Source: an uncultured Verrucomicrobiae bacterium (lineage in GTDB: Bacteria > Verrucomicrobiota > Verrucomicrobiia > Limisphaerales > JAHDYP01). From it: a stretch of DNA of 64,000 bases. The notes under the pieces were generated by a model. It did not search any database. It saw nothing but the letters and a program-made list of their open reading frames with translations, and was not told the origin of the DNA. Where the stretch lies: assembly GCA_963765535.1 (NCBI GenBank), contig CAVXWU010000017.1:160199-224198 (forward strand). Reading direction: 5' to 3'. Made by a program: the position numbers and the translations under genes. This document shows, one piece after another, positions 37,808 to 45,721 of the stretch; the stretch's first letter is position 1, and each line of letters begins with the position of its first letter.

Positions 37808-39805
37808 ATGAAGATACGTTCCTCGCTCCGTCCAGGCCATGCGCATCGCGTCCTCCTTCTGATCAGCCTGATTGCGGCTGCGCTGGCCGCACCCACAAAC
37901 TTACAGGCCCAGCGTCCCTTCACGATCGTATCGGTTGGGGACTCGGTGGCTTCGGGAGAAGGGAACCCGGACGTGCCGCAGGAAATCGCGCTGAACCAGG
38001 CTTACAATCCCATCCCGTTTCTTCCGAATCTGGCGTACGATCCACTGCCTCAGATTCCCAATCGGGCGTTCGATCCGTTCCCGGAACGGATCAATCCCAA
38101 TTACGATCCACGTCCCAGGATCATCAATCTCAGCTACCAGCCGTTTGGGGTGCCGGCATTTCTGGCGCCGTTGCTGCCGGATTTTCCAGCCTACGATCCC
38201 AATTTGACCAAACCCAATCCCAATTATGATCCTGATTTGAAGATGCCGAATCCGGCTTATGATCCTGATCCCCTGGTTTCCAATCCCGATTATAATCCCG
38301 ATCTATTCACCGACATCCCCAACCCGGAGTATGATCCCAATATCTACACCACGAACAGGCCGGCGATTTGGGCGAAGGAAGCGGACCATCGATCGAATCT
38401 TGCCGGGCCGGCCCTGGCGGCGGCTGAATTGATGATGAATCATCCGGCTCAGAATATCAGCTTTTTTCATCGGGCGAAGTCGGGGGCCAACATCTCCGAT
38501 ATCAGCACCCAGATTGATAAAGCACTTACAGAAGCGGGAGGGCGAATCGATGTCCTGATGATTTCAGCGGGCGGAAACAATATTGGGGGAGCCGGTTTTG
38601 GGAAACTCTTTGAAGATGTTTTGGAATCGGTAAAAGGCGGCCAAAGGCCTTCTCAGGATCCTGAACTGAATACGAGGATTGCCGTCGGGTTTACCACCAT
38701 GTCCAACGAGTTTACCCGTTTGGCGACCCACATCCGCCGGTGCGAAGTGGGTGAAGTGTTTATCACGGAGTATTTTGATTTGACCCACGGTTCGGATGGA
38801 GAGTTTTGCATTGATTTCGATTCCGGGATTCCCGGCGTGGCTTTTGAGGAGATGAAGTGGGCTTACGAACGGATCATCATCCCATTGAACCAAACGATCC
38901 AATCGGCGGCTGCGGTCAATGGCTGGCATTACGTGGGTGGGATCGCCGAAGGATTTCGAAATCATGGTTATTGTGCCGACCGGGACGTGGACGCCAGGCC
39001 GATCCTTCCCAACCCCGATTTTGATCCACGCCAGAATATTCCAAACCGGGACTACAATCCCATCGAGCGAATTCCCAATGAAGCTTTTAACCCGGTGCAA
39101 AACCTGCCGAATTTGAATTACAATCCAGTTCAGTGGAAACCCAACCGGAACTATGATCCGAGGGCTAATATTCCCAACCCGGATTTCAATATCAATCCAC
39201 TCAGCCCGGACTACGACCCGCGAATCACCATCCCTAATCCGAATTACGATAACCGGCTGCTCGTTCTCAATCCCGGCTACAATCCGAACCCGACAATTCC
39301 CAATCCTGATTACAATCCCGACCTGACCGGTCCCAACCCGGACTACGACAATCGATGGACGGTTCCCAACCCGAATTACAATCCCAACCTGACGATCTCG
39401 AACCCGGACTTCGATCCTGTGCCGCTCGATGGAGAAAACTGGGTGCGAAGAGTGGAAGAATCGTATTTACTTCAAGGCGACAAGGAAGGCACCGCGCATC
39501 CCAACGGCAGGGGCCAGGAATTCTATGGTCAGCGTTTGGTGGAGGAGATCTCTGCCGTTGGTCTGGAGAATATTTTGCTTTGCCCTGAAATCGTGAGCAT
39601 TGAACGGGGTAATTCGTCGATTCGCTTCAGCCTGAGCAGTGAATATCCCGCGGAATCGCTGAAACTTCAGTCCGCTTCGGATCTCGCGAACTTCATTTGG
39701 ACTGACGAATCCGCCGGCATTTCCGACCTGGGAGACGGCATGATGGGGGCGCACATTGAAGCGGGGAGCGAGGGCGTCAGGTTTTTCCGGGTGGTTGCGG
39801 AATGA
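37808..39805 (+). CDS. secreted SGNH/GDSL hydrolase with two large insertions of 11-residue Asn/Pro repeats
   Basis: Signal peptide MKIRSSLRPGHAHRVLLLISLIAAALAAPTNLQA. SGNH block I VSVGDSVASGEG, block II AKSGAN, block III ISAGGNNIG, block V-like GTAHPNGRG. The C-terminal module ends in VRFFRVVAE. Confidence 0.75.
   Translation: MKIRSSLRPGHAHRVLLLISLIAAALAAPTNLQAQRPFTIVSVGDSVASGEGNPDVPQEIALNQAYNPIPFLPNLAYDPLPQIPNRAFDPFPERINPNYDPRPRIINLSYQPFGVPAFLAPLLPDFPAYDPNLTKPNPNYDPDLKMPNPAYDPDPLVSNPDYNPDLFTDIPNPEYDPNIYTTNRPAIWAKEADHRSNLAGPALAAAELMMNHPAQNISFFHRAKSGANISDISTQIDKALTEAGGRIDVLMISAGGNNIGGAGFGKLFEDVLESVKGGQRPSQDPELNTRIAVGFTTMSNEFTRLATHIRRCEVGEVFITEYFDLTHGSDGEFCIDFDSGIPGVAFEEMKWAYERIIIPLNQTIQSAAAVNGWHYVGGIAEGFRNHGYCADRDVDARPILPNPDFDPRQNIPNRDYNPIERIPNEAFNPVQNLPNLNYNPVQWKPNRNYDPRANIPNPDFNINPLSPDYDPRITIPNPNYDNRLLVLNPGYNPNPTIPNPDYNPDLTGPNPDYDNRWTVPNPNYNPNLTISNPDFDPVPLDGENWVRRVEESYLLQGDKEGTAHPNGRGQEFYGQRLVEEISAVGLENILLCPEIVSIERGNSSIRFSLSSEYPAESLKLQSASDLANFIWTDESAGISDLGDGMMGAHIEAGSEGVRFFRVVAE
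37994..38356 (+). repeat. intragenic repeat tract 1: about 9 copies of N-x-x-[YF]-[DN]-P-x-x-x-[IL]-P (11-aa period)
   Basis: NQAYNPIPFLP NLAYDPLPQIP NRAFDPFPERI NPNYDPRPRII ... NPNYDPDLKMP NPAYDPDPLVS NPDYNPDLFTDIP NPEYDPNIYTT. The tract lies between SGNH blocks I and II. Confidence 0.85.
38993..39427 (+). repeat. intragenic repeat tract 2: about 13 copies of the same 11-aa repeat
   Basis: NPDFDPRQNIP NRDYNPIERIP NEAFNPVQNLP NLNYNPVQWKP NRNYDPRANIP ... NPNYDNRLLVL NPGYNPNPTIP NPDYNPDLTGP NPDYDNRWTVP NPNYNPNLTIS NPDFDPVPL. The tract lies between SGNH blocks III and V. Confidence 0.85.
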
Positions 39806-39809
39806 CGCC

Positions 39810-39839
39810 ACATCCCGCCGCGCTTTTCCGCGGGGATGT
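39810..39839 (+). terminator. hairpin directly after the SGNH gene stop
   Basis: ACATCCC-GC-CGCG / loop CTTTTC / CGCG-GGGATGT: 11 bp with a 2-nt bulge. It starts 5 nt after the stop codon. No U-run follows, so intrinsic-terminator function is uncertain. Confidence 0.35.
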
Positions 39840-40007
39840 CATTGACGGATTCCGATTTCAATCTATCGTTTTCCCGCGGTCCTGCATTCATGGTAACTGA
39901 CCACAGACCGCTTTACTCCTACTTGGCGAAGGAGGTGGATATCGGAACGCGGGATCATCGCCTGATGTTCGCTTTCGCCACGGGAAGTATGGAGTGCCGG
40001 CGCCTTT

Positions 40008-41192
40008 ATGAAATTGATTTGTTGTCGATCCTTGTTCGTTGGTCTCTCGATCCTCCCAGTCCTGTACTTGTCCGTTGGCTGTGGCAAAGTCTCTTCTTCG
40101 GCTCCAAAACGTCCACCCGCGTCCGTTTCCGTGCTCACGGTCACGACCGCACCGTTGAGTCTCACGACAGAACTGCCCGGACGCATCAATCCCGTCCGGG
40201 AGGCCCAGGTGCGCGCGCGGGCCACGGGTATTCTGCTCAAACGCTTGTTCGACGAAGGCGCGGATGTGAAGGAAGGAGATGTCCTGTTTGAAATTGATCC
40301 GGAGCCACTGCAGGCGCGGCTGAACAGCGCCCAGGCCGCCCTCGCCAAGGCCGAGGCCGCCCTGAAAGAATCCACCACCACCTTGGAGCGCTACCGGGAT
40401 CTGGTCCAAATCAATGCCATCAGTAAACAGTCCGTCGACGAAGCCCAGGCGATGGTCGGTCAAAATGAAGCCGAAGTCATGGCCGCAAAAGCCGAAGTGC
40501 GCACCGCCGAGTTGAACCTCAGTTATACACAGGTTACCGCTCCCATCTCCGGACGCATCGGCCGCGCGCTCGTCACCGAAGGCGCCCTTGTGAGCGCGAC
40601 CGAAGCCACGCAACTCGCCCTGATTCGCCAATTGGACCCGGTCTATTTCGACTTTACGGAGTCCAGCGCCGAAGTGCTTCGACTCAAACGCGGCCTCGAT
40701 AGCCCCGCTCCCATTCCTTCCCGTTCGGGGTCGGCCACGGTAACCCTGCTCCTGGAGGACAACCTCACCTATCCCGAACAGGGCGAAATCCTGTTCTCCG
40801 ATATCTCGGTCGATCCCACTACCGGTATGGTCCCATTGCGGGCGCGGGTGCCCAATCCACAACGGATTCTGCTCCCCGGCATGTTCGTGCGCGGTCGAAT
40901 TGTTCAATCCGTTATCACCAATGCCATCACGGTCCCCGAACGCACCGTGACCCACGGCGTGGGCGGCGCTGCAACCGTGCTCATCGTCAACGATCAGAAT
41001 ACGGTCGAACTCCGTCCTGTCGACCTCGAGCGAACGATCGGAACCAAGGTGCTCGTAAGTCGCGGCTTGAGCGCCGGCGATCGCATCATTGTGGAAGGCT
41101 CCCAGAAAGCCCCGCCGGGGTCCGTGGTTGTCCCGGTACCATTCCAATCCGACGCCGCGGATGCCGGAGCCGGCCGCACCGCTGACCGGTGA
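40008..41192 (+). CDS. efflux RND periplasmic adaptor (AcrA/MexA-like), lipoprotein
   Basis: Lipobox ILPVLYLSVGC. ..TELPGRINPVREAQVRARATGILLKRLFDEGADVKEGDVLFEIDP.. is strongly AcrA/MexA-like. Confidence 0.85.
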   Translation: MKLICCRSLFVGLSILPVLYLSVGCGKVSSSAPKRPPASVSVLTVTTAPLSLTTELPGRINPVREAQVRARATGILLKRLFDEGADVKEGDVLFEIDPEPLQARLNSAQAALAKAEAALKESTTTLERYRDLVQINAISKQSVDEAQAMVGQNEAEVMAAKAEVRTAELNLSYTQVTAPISGRIGRALVTEGALVSATEATQLALIRQLDPVYFDFTESSAEVLRLKRGLDSPAPIPSRSGSATVTLLLEDNLTYPEQGEILFSDISVDPTTGMVPLRARVPNPQRILLPGMFVRGRIVQSVITNAITVPERTVTHGVGGAATVLIVNDQNTVELRPVDLERTIGTKVLVSRGLSAGDRIIVEGSQKAPPGSVVVPVPFQSDAADAGAGRTADR

Positions 41193-41198
41193 TTTGTC

Positions 41199-44100
41199 AT
41201 GGCTCGATTCTTCATCTATCGCCCGGTCTTTGCCTGGGTTGTCTCCATCCTCATCATGGTGTTGGGTGGGTTGGCCATCATCCAATTGCCCGTCGCCCAG
41301 TATCCTAACGTCGCGCCGCCTTCCATCTCCGTGACGGCCAATTACGCCGGGGCCTCCGCCGAAACGCTCCAGGACACCGTGACTTCGGTGATCGAGCAAC
41401 AACTCAATGGCATAGATAACCTGCTCTACATGTCATCCAGCAGCGATGCCTCGGGCCTGGCGACGGTAACGCTCTATTTTATGGCCGGCACGAATCCGGA
41501 CACTGCCCAGGTGCAAGTGCAGAATAAAGTGCAGCTCGCTACTCCGAGCCTCCCCCAAACCGTCCAACAGCAGGGCGTCGTTATTGCGAAAGCCACCCGC
41601 AATTTCATGATGTTCTTCACGCTCTCGACCGAGAACGACAGCCTCGATCAGGCCGCTTTGGGCAACTACATCGCTGCCAAGGTTCTCGATCCCATCCGCC
41701 GCGTCAGCGGCGTCGGCGAAGCCCTCATGTTCGGTTCCCAATACGCCATGCGCATTTGGCTCAATCCCGATAAACTGAACAGCTTCGGGTTGACCGCCAG
41801 CGACGTCACCGCCGCCATTCAGGCCCAGAATACCCAGGTGCCGGTCGGCCAGATCGGAGCCAACCCATCCGTTGAAGGTCAGCAGCTCAACGTCATTATG
41901 CAGGGCCGGACCACCTTGCGGACGGTCCCCCAATTTGAACAAATTGTGCTGCGCATGAACCCCGACGGCTCGCGCGTGCTCCTCAAAGACGTCGCCCAAG
42001 TCGCCCTCGGCGCGGAGAATTACGGAACGCAGGCGCGCGTGAACGGCCATCCCTCCGCGGCCGTCGCCATTCGGCTCGCGCCCACCGCCAACGCGCTAAC
42101 CACGGCGAATGCGGTGCACCAAAAGGTGGAAGAACTGGCGAAGTTTTTCCCGGCCGGTGTTCGCGTCGACTATCCCCTCAACACTTCATCGTTCGTCCGG
42201 ATTTCCATCATCGAAGTGTTGAAGACCCTGGCCGAGGCCATCCTCCTCGTCTTCCTGGTCATGTACCTCTTTCTTCAGAATTTCCGCGCCACCCTGATCC
42301 CGACCATCGTTGTGCCGGTGGCATTGCTTGGAACCTTCGGCGCGATGCTCGCCTTCGGCTTCTCCATCAATGTGTTGACGATGTTCGGCATGGTCCTGGC
42401 CATCGGGATCCTGGTCGATGATGCCATCGTCGTGGTCGAAAACGTCGAACGCATCATGGCCGAAGAAGGGTTGTCCCCGCTCGAAGCGACGGTCAAGGCC
42501 ATGAGTCAGATCACGGGCGCGCTGGTCGGTATCACCCTGGTCCTGACTGCCGTCTTCATCCCGATGGCTTTCTTCTCCGGTTCGGTCGGCAATATCTATC
42601 GGCAGTTCTCCCTCTCACTGGTGTCGTCGATGTTGTTCTCGGTGTTTCTCGCGATGTCGTTGACCCCGGCCCTCTGCGCCACATTGCTTCGCCCAATCCC
42701 CAAAGGCCATAAGCATGACAAGCGCGGGATCTTCGGGGGGTTCAATCGCGGTTTTGCGCGCGCGACCAACCGCTACCAAAAATGGGTGGCGCAGCTCCTG
42801 AAAAGAACCCTTGCCGCCATGCTCACGTTCGCTGCGATCATCGGCGCCGTCGCGCTTTTGTATCAGCGAATGCCCTCGGCATTCCTGCCCACGGAAGATC
42901 AAGGCTATTTCATCACCAACATTCAATTGCCCGTCGGCGCAACCCAGGAACGCACAACCAAAGTCCTCGAGCAGGTCGAGGATTATTACTCCAAACAACC
43001 CGAGATCGAAAGCTTCATCACCGTGGCCGGATTCAGCTTTAACGGACGCGGACAGAATTCTGCCCTCTCCTTCGCGCGGCTCAAGGACTGGGATGAGCGC
43101 AGCGGCGCCCAGCACAGTGTCCAAGGGGTGATCGGCCGGGCGGCCGCCCATTTTGCCTCCATCAAGGATGCCATCATTTTCCCGGTAAACCCGCCGCCCA
43201 TCGCAGAGATGGGTAATTCGGCCGGGTTCGATTTTCAGCTTCTGGATCTGGGCGGCCTGGGACATGAGAAACTGATGGAGGCCCGTGATCAGTTGCTTGG
43301 CCTGGCGGCGCAGAATCCCCTTGTCGTAGGTGTGCGCCCGCAGGGGCTGGAAGATGGCGCGCAACTCAAGATCGAGGTGGACCAGGACAAAGCGACTGCC
43401 CTCGGGGTTGAACTCGCCGAGATCAACGCCACCCTGCAAACCTGCTTCGGTTCGACCTATGTGAACAATTTCGTAAACGGCAACCGCGTTCAACGGGTGA
43501 TCGTGCAACTCGACGCGCCGTATCGGATGTCGCCCGATGACATCAAACGTGTTTACGTCCGTAATCGCGGAGGAGAAATGGTGCCTTTATCCGCCTTCGC
43601 CAAGGTGAATTGGGTCTATGGCTCTCCTCAGCTCCAAAAATATAATGGGTTCCCCTCTATCGAAATTGTGGGGTCCGCCGTCCCCGGCAGAAGCACCGGT
43701 GAAGCCATGGAAGCCATGGAAGCCATGGCCGAAAAGCTGCCCGCCGGAATCAGCTACGAATGGACCGGCCAATCGTTCGAGGAACGGTTGGCGGGCGCCC
43801 AGGCCCCGATGCTTTACCTGCTCTCGCTGCTTGTGGTCTTCCTGTGCCTTGCGGCCCTTTACGAGAGTTGGGCCATTCCTTTCTCCGTGATTCTGATCGT
43901 GCCCCTGGGTGTGCTCGGCGGGCTGATCGCCGCCTCGCTTCGTGGCTTGCCGAACGACGTCTACTTCAAGGTCGGCTTGCTGGCCACGGTTGGACTGGCA
44001 ACCAAGAACGCGATCCTCATCATCGAATACGCCAAAGACCTTCAAGCCACCGGCAGAAACCTCATCGACGCCACCCTCGAAGCCGTGCACCTGCGGCTGC

Positions 44101-44357
44101 GACCCATTCTGATGACCTCCTTCGCCTTCATTCTCGGCGTCATGCCGCTCGTCCTGAGTCGAGGCGCCGGATCGGCCAGTCAAAACGCGATCGGCACCGG
44201 CGTAGCCGGCGGAATGTTCGCCGCTACCGTTCTTGGCATTTTTCTGGTGCCGGTCTTCTATGTGGTCGTCGTCCGATTGTTCAAACCCAAAGTGCAGTCA
44301 CGGCCACACCCCGCAAGTGTGGAAGTCGTAGACGGCGACAGCACCCCGGCGGTCTGA
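41199..44357 (+). CDS. multidrug efflux RND permease (AcrB/MexB-like)
   Basis: MARFFIYRPVFAWVVSILIMVLGGLAIIQLPVAQYPNVAPPSISVTANYAGASAETLQDTVTSVIEQQLNG is the canonical AcrB/MexB N-terminus. 1052 aa. Confidence 0.9.
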   Translation: MARFFIYRPVFAWVVSILIMVLGGLAIIQLPVAQYPNVAPPSISVTANYAGASAETLQDTVTSVIEQQLNGIDNLLYMSSSSDASGLATVTLYFMAGTNPDTAQVQVQNKVQLATPSLPQTVQQQGVVIAKATRNFMMFFTLSTENDSLDQAALGNYIAAKVLDPIRRVSGVGEALMFGSQYAMRIWLNPDKLNSFGLTASDVTAAIQAQNTQVPVGQIGANPSVEGQQLNVIMQGRTTLRTVPQFEQIVLRMNPDGSRVLLKDVAQVALGAENYGTQARVNGHPSAAVAIRLAPTANALTTANAVHQKVEELAKFFPAGVRVDYPLNTSSFVRISIIEVLKTLAEAILLVFLVMYLFLQNFRATLIPTIVVPVALLGTFGAMLAFGFSINVLTMFGMVLAIGILVDDAIVVVENVERIMAEEGLSPLEATVKAMSQITGALVGITLVLTAVFIPMAFFSGSVGNIYRQFSLSLVSSMLFSVFLAMSLTPALCATLLRPIPKGHKHDKRGIFGGFNRGFARATNRYQKWVAQLLKRTLAAMLTFAAIIGAVALLYQRMPSAFLPTEDQGYFITNIQLPVGATQERTTKVLEQVEDYYSKQPEIESFITVAGFSFNGRGQNSALSFARLKDWDERSGAQHSVQGVIGRAAAHFASIKDAIIFPVNPPPIAEMGNSAGFDFQLLDLGGLGHEKLMEARDQLLGLAAQNPLVVGVRPQGLEDGAQLKIEVDQDKATALGVELAEINATLQTCFGSTYVNNFVNGNRVQRVIVQLDAPYRMSPDDIKRVYVRNRGGEMVPLSAFAKVNWVYGSPQLQKYNGFPSIEIVGSAVPGRSTGEAMEAMEAMAEKLPAGISYEWTGQSFEERLAGAQAPMLYLLSLLVVFLCLAALYESWAIPFSVILIVPLGVLGGLIAASLRGLPNDVYFKVGLLATVGLATKNAILIIEYAKDLQATGRNLIDATLEAVHLRLRPILMTSFAFILGVMPLVLSRGAGSASQNAIGTGVAGGMFAATVLGIFLVPVFYVVVVRLFKPKVQSRPHPASVEVVDGDSTPAV

Positions 44358-44358
44358 T

Positions 44359-44374
44359 CTCGCCGTCCGGCGAG
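44359..44374 (+). terminator. short hairpin after the RND pump gene
   Basis: CTCGCC-GTCC-GGCGAG (6-bp stem) starts 2 nt after the stop. No U-run follows. Confidence 0.2.
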
Positions 44375-44966
44375 GCACGGCCGCTGGCCGCCAGGGTGTG
44401 GAGTGCGGTGCCGCTTTGCAGTTGAGGATTCCCCAAAAAGTCCCAATCATTCTTCCCACAATCATTCTGCCACTTCTCCCGCTCACACGGATAGGGAGGC
44501 ACCGCGGATTTCGCAGTTTACGCGGATGGAGGCGAATCCGGACTCAGATTCACGAAGGGTTTCATCCGCGTGATCCGCGTCATCCATGGTTTCAATCCCA
44601 TGCGCCTCGCGGTCGTACGTTGAAGCGGCTGGTCCCGCAGACGGGACACAGTCGCGCCCCGGACGAGACGTGCGCAGCTTGGCCGGAGCGCGACTGTGCG
44701 CGAAGCGCCAGTCGCAGCAGCGCGCGCCGGGTGCGAGGCGTTCGATTGTCCCGACGACGCGATGCATTCTCGTCCTCGTTCTCGTTCTCGTCCTCGAACT
44801 GCATGCGATGCTGAGGATTGTTTTCCTCCATTTGCGCTTATTGCGGCTGTCCCTTTGCAGGTTATCTGCGTAATGTCCGTCGTGCCCGTTCGCTTACTAC
44901 CAATGCCCGCCGCGCAGGCCCGCTGATCCGTAAGCATCTCAACCGCGCCGCGTCCAAGCCCACACA

Positions 44967-45155
44967 TCATTCGCAACGGAGAGCGGGCATCGGTTTGATG
45001 CGTGCCGCTTTGCGAGCGGGGAAGTAGCAAGCCGCAATGGCCCACATGGCCAGGAACAGGGGCACGATGAGGAACGTCAGGGGATCGAGTCCCTGGACTA
45101 CATAGAGCATACTCCCAAGCAACAAGCCCAGGCAGATCGCCAGAAAGGACACGCG
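44967..45155 (-). pseudogene. 3'-terminal remnant of an FtsX-family (MacB/ADOP-type) ABC permease
   Basis: ..LGSMLYVVQGLDPLTFLIVPLFLAMWAIAACYFPARKAARIKPMPALRCE* matches the invariant C-terminal end of FtsX-domain permeases (LYGV..DP.TF......A..A...PARRA.R.DPM.ALR.E). Nothing upstream of about 45155 resembles the rest of such a protein. Confidence 0.65.
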
Positions 45156-45515
45156 TGTTTTTTGGGTTTCGAACATTGGGAAAGAGATCCGGACTCTCGT
45201 TGGTTGCCATCTCCCATCATAGGACGCTCGACAAAAAAGCGGACAGGTTTGGGTTCGCACCTGCGCATCCGTCAACACGCGCAAATCCTCAGCAAATCGT
45301 GAAAATCAGGAGGGCTATGTCAGGAGATCTGGATTCTGGCTGCGGTGGGCCTGCAAGTACTGATTCAGAAGCGCTTCCGTGATTCGAGTATAGGCATCCA
45401 CATTGATTCTCTTAGCGAATGCGGTTTGCAACAGAGAAACCTCTAACGCCTCAACGTGCCAAACTTGCAGCCTGAAAAATTTGCGCGCCGTGACAAAACT
45501 TTCACAAATGGTAGT

Positions 45516-45640
45516 ACGAATCACACGAATGAGACTGAGGCGAACGGCAGCTGGCGGTGTGACCGCGCCCGGTCACTGCTCGGTGACCCCAGCGCGCCGG
45601 CAGGAAGCCACAGTTCGCCCATGGTATTCGTGTCATTCGT
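45516..45640. other. 125-nt nested inverted-repeat element (structured RNA or MITE-like relic)
   Basis: The outer arms are ACGAATCACACGAAT (45516-45530) and ATTCGTGTCATTCGT (45626-45640), complementary at 14 of 15 positions. The inner arms are GGCGAAC/GTTCGCC and GTGACC/GGTCAC. The heptamer ATTCGTG is repeated 3 times with 9-nt period on the right (45626-45650), and its complement twice on the left. Confidence 0.45.
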
Positions 45641-45721
45641 GCAATTCGTGGTTTCCCTCAACTGCATAGACACGGCTAAAGAACCCGTCCCTCTCATGAA
45701 CCACCCGGCGTAAGGGGCGGG

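Noticed and set aside
44398-44966. Coding potential in the 44.4-45.0 kb region (ORFs of 62-230 aa on both strands)
   Set aside because: All translations look like random high-GC reading frames. No motif is present apart from the FtsX C-terminal remnant, which is reported separately.
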